Assembly: GCA_013166835.1 (NCBI GenBank)
Contig: JABLTI010000134.1
Span: 1 to 10,699 of the forward strand
Length of the DNA stretch: 10,699 bases
Direction: 5' to 3'
DNA from: Promethearchaeati archaeon
Lineage (GTDB): Archaea; Asgardarchaeota; Heimdallarchaeia; JABLTI01
The notes under the pieces: generated by a model
Database searches by the model: none
Seen by the model: the letters and a program-made list of their open reading frames with translations, nothing else
What the model was told of the DNA's origin: nothing
Shown: in pieces, positions 1 to 8,071 of the stretch
Position numbering within the stretch: position 1 is the stretch's first letter
Layout: each line of letters begins with the position of its first letter
Position numbers and translations under genes: made by a program

Positions 1-1230
1 TTTTGGTGTTCTTTCTTTTGTAATACTCTTATACCAACGGTCTACACCATTTATGAAACCACCCCAAATAACCTTTCTACCTTTATTTTTATCATCTTGA
101 ATAGGAGCATCTGGTGGTATAATTAATTCTATTTTCTCGCCATTTGAACCATAGAAAATAATATCTCGTATCTTTTGTGGTAAATCCTTGAATGGTATAT
201 CCCAACTGAAGTTGTAATGCTTAGCTAAACTATACATCCTCACACCTCTTATATTATTGAAACGTTTGAAGGTTTTTTGACTCAGATTAAAGATTCTAGT
301 ATCTAAGGCACCTTCTCGAATTGTCTTATTTTCATCTTCGACTAATAAGAAAGGTGATGCTCTAAAATGAGTTCCTAACCCAGAACATGTTACACATGCA
401 CTTTCAAGATCATTCGGTGTAAAGAACCAGGGTAATAAATCACCACAAGTTGTATGATGTTCTGGACAAGTAAATTCATAGAATTTGTCTAAATCGACAT
501 CAACCTCATCAGGATTTAGAATTTCAATTATGATGAGCTTTTGTCCGATGTCGAAAGCATTTTCTATTGCTTCAAAAATCTGCTTGTATATATCTCCTTT
601 TACGGTAAATTTGTCAATTATTGCTTCTATTTTATATTCTTCATCCTCTTCTAATTCTATCTCTTGACCAATGTCATAGATTCCATTGTTTATTCTAAAT
701 CTTCTATATCCATGATTTCTAATCTGATCAAGTAAATATTGATACTCTTCACCATATACCTTGAAAAGCACTGCTCGAACTTCTACAATAGTTCCTTCAG
801 GTAAAGTGTTTATTCTATCTGCTAATTGTCCAGATGTTTTAATGTCGATTTTTCTATCACAAAGGGGACAAAATGCCTCACTTGCTACTGAAAAGAGAAG
901 TCGAATGTAACTTCCTATATCCGTCAAACTACCTATTGTTGATCGTGGATTGCTTATTCCTCGTTTTTGATCTATACTCACTATGGGTGAAAGCCCTTTG
1001 ATGAATTGAACATCAGGCCGTTTCATTTGTGGAACTCTTGAACGTGCATAGGCAGAAAGTGTCTCAAGAAACCGTCTTTGTCCTTCAGCATATAACACAT
1101 CAAAAGCAAGTGAAGATTTACCCGAACCTGAAACTCCAGTTATTACAGTCATCTCATCTCGAGGTATTTTGACTGTTACATTTTTCAGATTATTCTGTTT
1201 TGCACCTATAATTTCAATAAAATTTTTCAT
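1..1230 (-). CDS. uvrA: Excinuclease ABC subunit A (UvrA)-family ATPase, N-terminal 410 codons; truncated by the window edge
   Basis: Not in the ORF track because it has no stop in the window. Manual translation from ATG 1230 is open to base 1: [64 protein letters not shown]...[11 protein letters not shown]...NPRSTIG. It has the UvrA N-terminal signature, Walker [10 protein letters not shown], and Zn motifs CPLC (121-124), CPEH (255-258) and CVTCSGLG (279-286). The start overlaps the upstream stop as ATGA (1227-1230). Confidence 0.95.
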   Translation of the reverse strand, partial: MKNFIEIIGAKQNNLKNVTVKIPRDEMTVITGVSGSGKSSLAFDVLYAEGQRRFLETLSAYARSRVPQMKRPDVQFIKGLSPIVSIDQKRGISNPRSTIGSLTDIGSYIRLLFSVASEAFCPLCDRKIDIKTSGQLADRINTLPEGTIVEVRAVLFKVYGEEYQYLLDQIRNHGYRRFRINNGIYDIGQEIELEEDEEYKIEAIIDKFTVKGDIYKQIFEAIENAFDIGQKLIIIEILNPDEVDVDLDKFYEFTCPEHHTTCGDLLPWFFTPNDLESACVTCSGLGTHFRASPFLLVEDENKTIREGALDTRIFNLSQKTFKRFNNIRGVRMYSLAKHYNFSWDIPFKDLPQKIRDIIFYGSNGEKIELIIPPDAPIQDDKNKGRKVIWGGFINGVDRWYKSITKERTPK

Positions 1231-2180
1231 GTCATATCATCTCCAATATAATAAAACCCTATTTCGTTGACTTCATCATGACTACGTAAAGTTAAACGAA
1301 CGGGACACGGAACTCTATCACAGATTCCCTGTTCTACTAACCAATCCCCTAAAGCTACTCCAGCAATATTCCACCATGTTGTCTGTAATCTGTCATTGAG
1401 ATGCCTAGCAATATCAGAAACACTTCGGAAAGCGGCCTCATTCTTGAGATAATCTATTACTGGGCCAAAAATCTCTATAGTATTATCTTCCAAGTATTTT
1501 CTAGTAGTGGAAAGTATTTTGAGCAATTTATCTTTGCTTGTTTTTTCTAAAACCACTTGTGTATAGATTTGATCTAGTAATTCTGGCTCGAATTTCATCG
1601 CTTGTTCTGCTGCTTCTCTTCCAGGAATTTCATTATTCAACATACAGATAATAGAAGCTAAATTATCAAGTAATCTGTAAATGAAAAGGTAACTTTGAAC
1701 GATATCATCCTCAATATGGATATATTTCTCAGCTTTTTCAAGATCACCAATAACCATACAAACGATACGAAGGATTTCTAACTCGAAATCTCGTCTACCG
1801 ACTTGTTTCATGCTTTCTATAAATTCATCTAAAGTTGGATCCTCTGAGAATAGAACTTTACTTGTAATCAAAACATGATGTGCTCCGGAACCTTGTAATG
1901 CTCTTTGCTGGTATCTAATGAAACTATTTCTAGTCATCACAGTAACCTGGAGTTTGATATCATCATCCATTAACCAGAAATCTCTCCTCGGTGTTTTCTG
2001 ATCCTTAGTTATAAGAACTAAATCTATGTCCGATTTCTCCCAGATTGTTCCTTTTACTAAACTTCCAAATAATAGTGCTGCAGTAAAGGTTTGATCTTTC
2101 TTAATTTCTTCAATGAAAGCATTGAGTGCTTCTTCAAACTTTTTTCTTATTTTCTTGTCTTCTGGCATTTCTTTCACCAA
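1227..2180 (-). CDS. Pol-beta-superfamily nucleotidyltransferase-domain protein (NTase + helical bundle + probable C-terminal winged helix; YgxA-like architecture)
   Basis: The N-terminal motif [10 protein letters not shown]...SDIDLVLI is the hG[GS]...DxD signature. A helical middle region (DLEKAEKY...LLDNLASI) resembles a HEPN/KNTase-C substrate bundle, and the C-terminal SVSDIARHL...DWLVEQGI looks like a wHTH. The start is uncertain (TTG 2180, GTG 2177 or ATG 2168). Confidence 0.75.
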   Translation of the reverse strand: MVKEMPEDKKIRKKFEEALNAFIEEIKKDQTFTAALLFGSLVKGTIWEKSDIDLVLITKDQKTPRRDFWLMDDDIKLQVTVMTRNSFIRYQQRALQGSGAHHVLITSKVLFSEDPTLDEFIESMKQVGRRDFELEILRIVCMVIGDLEKAEKYIHIEDDIVQSYLFIYRLLDNLASIICMLNNEIPGREAAEQAMKFEPELLDQIYTQVVLEKTSKDKLLKILSTTRKYLEDNTIEIFGPVIDYLKNEAAFRSVSDIARHLNDRLQTTWWNIAGVALGDWLVEQGICDRVPCPVRLTLRSHDEVNEIGFYYIGDDMT

Positions 2181-2190
2181 CCAAATAACT

Positions 2191-3054
2191 TTACCTCAAA
2201 TCCTTAGGAATACTATCTTCAACTACTGGAATGTAAATATCAAGAATGAAACCCTCTCCAGAGTGGCTTGGAACTATGACTTTTTCAAGGCCACAACGTC
2301 CTGCAAACTTTATCTTGTGTTTCTTTATCCACTCAAGAATCTTCTTCCACGCTTCAGTTATATCTCGAGCAGGATCTTCAACATTGCATCGAGTAACTAC
2401 ATTGAATGATTCTGGAACATCCTTAACTTCAACTTCATCTGATTTAAAATCAGGATTTACTACTAACCAAAACTCATAACCATATTCCTTTTTACCCGGA
2501 GATGGATTTGGATTATCAAATCCGTAAATAGGATTCTTTTCAAGATCATCAAAATAGCCTTTTGGTTCTGCCCATTCTCGAAGCTTTGCCCAAGCTTCAT
2601 TTTCAGGTGATTCACTGATAGCTTGAAAGCTAACAACCCGCATAGGCTGTAATCGTATAAATTGAACTTCCAATTCATCGGGTTTTCTTACGGAATACAT
2701 TCTTTGAATGTGATCGGCTTTTCTTTTTGCTTCCATTTTCTTCTTTACTTGTGATTTTATGTAGGCCTCTTTTATTGCAAAGAAAAGCACTTTTCCATCT
2801 TCACTTAATTTATACTTCCCTCTACCAGTATTAACTAGTATACCATAACTGACTAGCTTCTCTAAGTGATGTGCTAATGCTGTTTTACTAAGTTTTACTA
2901 CTTCTTTCAGTCCACTGAAATCATTTGGACCTTCCAATAAAGATTCAATTAATTGTAATCTACTTTTATTAGCTATCGCACTTAGAACTTCTGCCAACTC
3001 ATCAAGTGATATTTTTGTTGTTTCAATATCGATGTCATCAAACGAAGTCATCAT
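2191..3054 (-). CDS. ArsR-family wHTH regulator fused to a C-terminal GyrI-like (AraC effector-binding) domain
   Basis: The N-terminus LSAIANKSRLQLIESL...LSKTALAHHLEKLVSYGIL...GKYKLS is an ArsR wHTH. The C-terminus VQFIRLQPMRVV...AWAKLREWA...IYGFDNPNP...YGYEFW...AWKKILEWIK...GLE...LDIYIPV follows the GyrI-like/SbmC pattern. A GAGGA Shine-Dalgarno-like motif lies at 3066-3062, 7 nt before ATG 3054. Confidence 0.88.
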   Translation of the reverse strand: MMTSFDDIDIETTKISLDELAEVLSAIANKSRLQLIESLLEGPNDFSGLKEVVKLSKTALAHHLEKLVSYGILVNTGRGKYKLSEDGKVLFFAIKEAYIKSQVKKKMEAKRKADHIQRMYSVRKPDELEVQFIRLQPMRVVSFQAISESPENEAWAKLREWAEPKGYFDDLEKNPIYGFDNPNPSPGKKEYGYEFWLVVNPDFKSDEVEVKDVPESFNVVTRCNVEDPARDITEAWKKILEWIKKHKIKFAGRCGLEKVIVPSHSGEGFILDIYIPVVEDSIPKDLR

Positions 3055-3075
3055 TTTTCATTCCTCTGTTATTTC

Positions 3076-3123
3076 TATTCAAGCTGAACATTATTAAATG
3101 TTTTGTTGAATATTAGTACTAAT
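3076..3123. promoter_or_regulatory. Candidate operator(s) in the divergent intergenic region, probably for the ArsR-GyrI regulator
   Basis: Imperfect inverted repeat TATTCAA-gctg-AACATT-atta-AATGTT-ttg-TTGAATA (3076-3112) abuts the perfect palindrome ATTAGTACTAAT (3112-3123), just upstream of the ArsR start. The function is inferred. Confidence 0.4.
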
Positions 3124-3154
3124 TTTACTGAACAGTTTTTTAGTTGTTTTTCAC

Positions 3155-3176
3155 TTTCTATATTAGAAACTTTATA
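3155..3176 (+). promoter_or_regulatory. Putative archaeal BRE/TATA promoter for the peroxiredoxin-like gene
   Basis: GAAAC-TTTATA (3166-3176) lies about 33 nt before ATG 3209 and is overlapped by the 6-3-6 palindrome TTTCTA-tat-TAGAAA (3155-3169). Confidence 0.45.
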
Positions 3177-3208
3177 CAAGAAGGAAACTATTAGAGAAAT
3201 GATGGACA

Positions 3209-3736
3209 ATGAGACTACAAGATGGAGAAAAGGCGATTAATTTCACAGTAACTGATCTTTCAGGTAAGAAGATTTCACTTGAGAAATTTAAGAATAAGAA
3301 GATCTTACTTTCATTCTACAGATATGCATCATGTCCCTTATGTAATCTGAGAATTTCACAATTAATTCAACAATACGATGATATGAAGAAGAAAGGGCTA
3401 GTGATTATTGCGTTCTTTCAATCACCAAAGGAAAGTATGCTTGAATACGTTGGAAAGCAAGATGTACCTTTTCCACTAATACCTGACCCAGAAAGAGAAA
3501 TCTATAGATTATATCGCATTGAGAAATCTTGGTTCAAATATGTCATCGGCGGGATTTCTAGAAAAATGTTCAAAGCACTAAGAAAAGGCTTTAAGATAAA
3601 AGGTCAGGAAGGACAGCAAAATCTTGTTCCAGCAGATTTCTTAATAGAAAATATGGTTATCAAGAAGGCTTATTATGGGAAAACTATTGCTGACCACATC
3701 TCATTTAAGGAAATTAATCAATTTCTTGAAAAGTAG
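3209..3736 (+). CDS. AhpC/TSA (redoxin) family peroxiredoxin-like thioredoxin-fold protein
   Basis: GEKAINFTVTDLSGKKISL, LLSFYRYASCPLCNLR (CxxC), FPLIPDPEREIYRLY and PADFLI are typical of PRX-like redoxins. Confidence 0.88.
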   Translation: MRLQDGEKAINFTVTDLSGKKISLEKFKNKKILLSFYRYASCPLCNLRISQLIQQYDDMKKKGLVIIAFFQSPKESMLEYVGKQDVPFPLIPDPEREIYRLYRIEKSWFKYVIGGISRKMFKALRKGFKIKGQEGQQNLVPADFLIENMVIKKAYYGKTIADHISFKEINQFLEK

Positions 3737-3839
3737 TTTTCAAAATAATATCGCTGACGGTTTTCTTAGGTTCTAATGAACCATTCTTTTATAAAACTGG
3801 AGTAGTTGTAAAGAAGACACATTATTGAGAAGATTTAGA

Positions 3840-4136
3840 ATGACAGAAACAGAGACGTTTACATATAATCCCGTTGATGGTACTGATACTTGTAAAGTCT
3901 CATTTAATTTTGAGCTAAAAAAGGAAGAAGGAAAGATCATAATAAAGCAACTCACTGTTGATGGAGAAAAGGGTTGCATCGGACACAATAAAACAATAGA
4001 GCTATTAGTAAGGGGTAGAATCATTCAAGATCTTCCAATTGAGGAATTGAAAGATGCAGGTTGTAAGAGAGCATCTTCTTGTTCTCAAGAGCTTGCTAAA
4101 GCATTAGAGTTATTACTTAAATCTAGCAATAAATAA
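3840..4136 (+). CDS. Stand-alone TSCPD-domain / TIGR03905-like 4-Cys small protein
   Basis: The pattern TYNP..C...GCIGHNKTIELLVRG...LKDAGCKRASSCSQELAKAL parallels the family pattern Y.P.G.C...GGC.GN...I..LV.G...L.GI.C....TSCPDQLA.AL, recalled from memory. ATG 3840 is preferred over the TTG 3825 call. TTTTATAAAA at 3787-3796 is a TATA-like element. Confidence 0.72.
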   Translation: MTETETFTYNPVDGTDTCKVSFNFELKKEEGKIIIKQLTVDGEKGCIGHNKTIELLVRGRIIQDLPIEELKDAGCKRASSCSQELAKALELLLKSSNK

Positions 4137-4140
4137 TTCA

Positions 4141-4150
4141 TTTTTTTTCT
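4141..4150 (+). terminator. T-tract, putative archaeal intrinsic terminator
   Basis: A T8 run starts 5 nt after the stop codon at 4136 and lies immediately before the next promoter. Confidence 0.45.
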
Positions 4151-4155
4151 AAATT

Positions 4156-4186
4156 GGGAAAAATTTTTAACCGACCAGTCGGTTAA
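4156..4186 (+). promoter_or_regulatory. BRE/TATA promoter overlapped by a 20-bp palindromic TetR operator
   Basis: GGGAAAAA (BRE-like, 4156-4163) and TTTTTAA (TATA-like, 4164-4170) overlap TTAACCGAC-CA-GTCGGTTAA (4167-4186, a 9-2-9 inverted repeat) that ends 9 nt before the TetR ATG. Confidence 0.8.
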
Positions 4187-4195
4187 TTATGTACA

Positions 4196-4831
4196 ATGAA
4201 ATCATCAAATAAACGTCAGCAAAAAAGTGGGAAAACAAAAGGAATAATTATTGATGCATCGAAGAAGCTCTTTTTTGCTCATGGATTCTCTGATGTTAGT
4301 ACAGAGCAAATTGCTAAGGAAGCAGGTATATCAAAAGGCGGTATTTTTCATCATTTTTCAACCAAAGAGGAATTAGGTTTAGCTGCTTTAAGATCAACAT
4401 TAGATGATTTCCAACATCTACTCCCGATTATCGAAGAATCACAAGATCTCAGAGCAGTCATGAAGATGGTTGTTAGTGAGACTATGTCTTTCGGTCGAGA
4501 GAATCCAGGTTTCATTAAAATGCTTCTGTGGTTTTTACTTAGAATTGATGACAAATCAGATAGCAAACAATTTTATCTTTTGATGAAAGAAACATTTCTT
4601 GAATCTCTTTTACCTTATGCTCAAATTCTGGAAACATTATTTACACGTCTTGGACAGACACAGCCAAGAGAGAAAGCATTGCTTCTTATGGGTCTCCTAG
4701 ATGGAGTTGTTATTTATGCTACTTATGTAGATAAACTTTCCAAGTTTGAACCAGAGCTTGCGGATTATTTTGATGATTTCGATAATTTAGCAGATATAGT
4801 AATGGAGTTATTTTTTCCAAAAAAGGAATAA
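4196..4831 (+). CDS. TetR/AcrR family transcriptional regulator
   Basis: IIDASKKLFFAHGFSDVSTEQIAKEAGISKGGIFHHFSTKEEL is a canonical TetR N-terminal HTH. Confidence 0.95.
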   Translation: MKSSNKRQQKSGKTKGIIIDASKKLFFAHGFSDVSTEQIAKEAGISKGGIFHHFSTKEELGLAALRSTLDDFQHLLPIIEESQDLRAVMKMVVSETMSFGRENPGFIKMLLWFLLRIDDKSDSKQFYLLMKETFLESLLPYAQILETLFTRLGQTQPREKALLLMGLLDGVVIYATYVDKLSKFEPELADYFDDFDNLADIVMELFFPKKE

Positions 4832-4837
4832 GAAAAA

Positions 4838-5575
4838 ATGAATGAAGAAATAATGGTATCAACTCGAAATCTAAAACGCATTTTTAAATTCGGAGAAACA
4901 GAGGTTTTTGCACTTGATGGTGTGAACCTGTCTGTTCGAAAAGGTGAATTTGTAGTTGTCCTTGGTCCCTCGGGAGCTGGAAAAACCACTCTCTTGAATA
5001 TGATTGGTGGAATAGATCGTCCAACAGAGGGAGAAGTTATTGTAGATGGTAGTAAAATCACTGAATATTCCATAGATGAATTGAATAGTTATAGACGAAA
5101 TGATGTTGGTTGGATATTTCAGTTCTTTAACATCGTTGCAAGTCTACGAGCATGGGAAAACGTTGGATTAGCCTTGGAATTCCAAGGTCAAACCTCAAAA
5201 TCTGAAATCAAGGAACGAGCATTTGAATTACTCAAACAAGTAGGATTAGAAGGAAAGGAAGAACGGTTTCCTAGTCAACTATCCGGTGGAGAACAACAAA
5301 GAGTGGCTATTGCACGTGCTCTAGTTAAGAAACCAAAAATTGTTGTTGCTGATGAACCTACAGGAAATCTTGATTTTGTTACTGGTCAGAGTATTGCAGA
5401 ATTAATGAGAGATTTGAACCTGCAAGAGGAAATTACATTCATTGTTGTTTCTCATGATTTAAACATCACACAATATTCAGATAGAGTATTCCATCTTCGA
5501 ATGGGTAAAATTGAGCAAATTGAAGAACAGCCTAAGGATAATCAGAGTAAGTTAGTTGGTGAAGAAATAAATTGA
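4838..5575 (+). CDS. ABC transporter ATP-binding protein, LolD/MacB/FtsE family
   Basis: Walker [10 protein letters not shown]-loop IFQFFN, signature [15 protein letters not shown], Walker B/D-loop [11 protein letters not shown] and H-loop VSHD are all present. Confidence 0.96.
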   Translation: MNEEIMVSTRNLKRIFKFGETEVFALDGVNLSVRKGEFVVVLGPSGAGKTTLLNMIGGIDRPTEGEVIVDGSKITEYSIDELNSYRRNDVGWIFQFFNIVASLRAWENVGLALEFQGQTSKSEIKERAFELLKQVGLEGKEERFPSQLSGGEQQRVAIARALVKKPKIVVADEPTGNLDFVTGQSIAELMRDLNLQEEITFIVVSHDLNITQYSDRVFHLRMGKIEQIEEQPKDNQSKLVGEEIN

Positions 5576-7996
5576 AAATTATGACGAAGAAAATCTTTAG
5601 AGAGATTCGGACGAGTAAATTTCGATCTTTTTCTATAGTTATTCTTGTAGCTTTCACCGTTGCATTTCTTGGTGGAATGCGAGCCAGCTACCCTATGATA
5701 TTAGAAACCTATAATCTTAATAAAGAGACGTATAATGTAGCAGATGGCCGATTTACTTTTTTTCAACCCATTCAGCAAAATAATCTTTCAGTAATAAGTA
5801 CGAATAGTACCTTTCTGACAGAAGCTAATATTGATCAGATTGATGGACGTGTTATTTTCTACTCTGATATAACACTTGATGGTGAAAAATTCCCAGCAAT
5901 CATTATTGGAACTGATTATCCAAACAAAGTAAATCAATTAGTAATTGAAGAATCCGCGAGTGATATAGAGGATGTAGATGAAATCCTAAATAGTAATACT
6001 AGTTGTCTAGTTGAAACTCATTTCGCTGGAAGAGCCATATCTTTCGTTGGACAAGACGTTCAGATGAATGATACGATTTCTATTAATTTTGCTGGTTTTC
6101 CCGTTGATTTTGAGGTAAAAGGAATAGCTCAGGACACAGATTTCCTTTATGTTGTAGATGAAAGTTCATTGATGCCACTTATGGGCGAACTAGCAGTAAT
6201 CTGGATTAACTTGGAAGTAGTTCAACAATATTTGTTTAGTGGTGATCCGCTAATTAATCAAATACTCTTTACTGTAGAGGAGAGATTTGATAAAGAGATG
6301 ACCTTAGCAGCTGCAGATATATTATCATACGTTTTTACTAGCAATAATATTGATGCTAATTCCTTGAAATTTGAAATTCATGATGAAACTGCTGATTATA
6401 AGATGTTTACTAGTGATGCCGGTGCTCTTGACAGCATGGGAACAATCTTTGGAATCATTGGTATGATTGTTTGTGCTACTATTATTCTTAACACCCTATC
6501 AAAACTTGTAAATTCTCAAAGAAAAAACATTGGTTTGTTCTTTGCAATGGGATCAAGAAGGCGAACTATACTCACGCATTATATTCTAGTGACATTGATT
6601 TTGGCAATATTTGGTGTATTAATAGGTATACCACTTGGATATGGTATTGCGTATGGTATGGTAAAAATAGTCTCAAGAATGTATGGAACACATGAGTTTG
6701 CATTTTATCTACCTCCTAATGAGTTCTTAATTGGAGGTTCAGTTACTTTTGGCATTTGCCTGATAGCATCTATAATCAGTGCATGGCCTATAACCACTGT
6801 AACACCTAGGGAAGCTATGACTGCTACATTTACACGCATAAAGACCAAAGGAAAATCCGTTTCAGAGAAATTACTTGGTTGGTTTCCAATATTCAAACCC
6901 ATTCATATGGCAGTTCCTCTTCGTGAAATATTTATGAAGAAGAAAAAAACAATAATAACAATTTTTGCTCTTACAACATCAATGGTATTCTTAGTTGACT
7001 CATTAGCTATGGAATATAACATGTATGATATAATGAGGAGTAATTTTACAGAGTTTAATACTTATGATGTACAAATACATCTTGAGACACCTGAATCCAT
7101 AGAAAAAATCCTTTCTTTTATATTCAAAAATAACGCATGATGGTGAGTTTGCCAGCTGGGCACAAATAGAGTGTTACCAAGAAAATTCTACGTTACGAAA
7201 TTATAATATAATTAAAGGAATTGCTGAAGATAAAGGTGATTTGACTTCTAAAAAAGTATTACTTGGTAATGCTATTGCAGGAAAATACGATATCGAATTA
7301 TTCGATAATATTTCAATTGGTATCTTAGGTAATTATACAGTTGAAGTTACTGGTTTGGTTGGTGAACTAGTAGATTTCTCAGTTTTTTGGACTTATGAAT
7401 CATTCCAGCAAGGCAACATCACAGATTACTTTGGATTACCAAAAGGATGGGTAAATGGTATTGTTCTCTCAGTAGAAGATAATGCTAACCTAACAGCTCT
7501 TAGAGCTGTTTTCGATGATGCTTTCAGTATAAATCAATGGACAGAGTCAGATGCAGCTCTAAGATCAATTAGAGCCTTGATGGAAGCAATGATGAGTGTA
7601 ATGATCTTATTTCTTGTAATAGGTATCGCAATTGGAGTGATATTTAGTTTTCAATCTATGAATATGGCTTTTGTTGATCGTCAACAGGATTTTATTGCCT
7701 TTAAAGCAATGGGAACAAAAATGAAGTTTATTCGAAGAATGATTTTCTGGGAGAACGCTATACTAAGTATTTTCGGTCTTATCCTTACTGTACCATTTGG
7801 CTACTTATTCTATCGGCTTAGTTTGGATTATATGTTGGAGGATAAGTTCTTTGTTCCAACCTCCATACCTTGGTTTACATGGCCCATAGTATTACTCTTA
7901 TCTCTTTTCGCAATATGGTTAGCTACTGCTAGACTTGTAAGAAGAATAAGAAAATTTGATCTCGCTGATGAATTAAGACAGACAGGTGCAACTTAA
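5572..7996 (+). pseudogene. FtsX/MacB-type double-repeat ABC permease interrupted by a frameshift (ORFs 5572-7140 and 7241-7996 are one gene); real lesion or assembly artefact
   Basis: The first ORF has TM1, a large ectodomain, an FtsX domain (SQRKNIGLFFAMGSRR) and the start of the second repeat, then stops at TGA 7138-7140. The +1 frame is open from 7103 (..LYSKITHDGEFASWAQIECYQENSTLRNYNIIKG..) into the second ORF, which carries the second FtsX domain (DRQQDFIAFKAMGTK). The joined product would be about 807 aa. TTG 5572 overlaps the ATPase stop (TTGA). Confidence 0.8.
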
Positions 7997-8071
7997 GCTT
8001 CTGCTGTTCTTTTTCTAATTTTCCATAAAATTCATAATCTATTTATTCAATGGATTATAGGAGGTTATCTA

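Noticed and set aside
485-667. 60-aa + strand ORF
   Set aside because: It is an antisense shadow of uvrA with Ser/Ile-rich composition.
1227-2180. CBASS/CD-NTase or MNT-HEPN toxin-antitoxin defence system
   Set aside because: There is no adjacent effector, Cap gene or separate HEPN toxin, and no clear RxxxxH RNase motif in the helical bundle.
2113-2678. ORFs 2113-2409 (+), 2246-2479 (+) and 2463-2678 (-)
   Set aside because: They overlap the well-supported ArsR-GyrI and NTase genes and have no motifs.
3038-3061. Short out-of-frame minus-strand uORF (MKNDDFV*) overlapping the ArsR start
   Set aside because: It is expected by chance. Its ATG directly abuts the SD-like motif, whose spacing fits ATG 3054 instead.
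3773-5073. Minus-strand ORFs 3773-4024, 4351-4566 and 4765-5073
   Set aside because: They are antisense shadows of the TSCPD, TetR and ABC ATPase genes. The last is the typical ABC antisense artefact.
7138-7146. UGA readthrough or selenocysteine at the permease stop
   Set aside because: The same frame hits another TGA two codons later (TGA TGG TGA), and the continuation is in the +1 frame.
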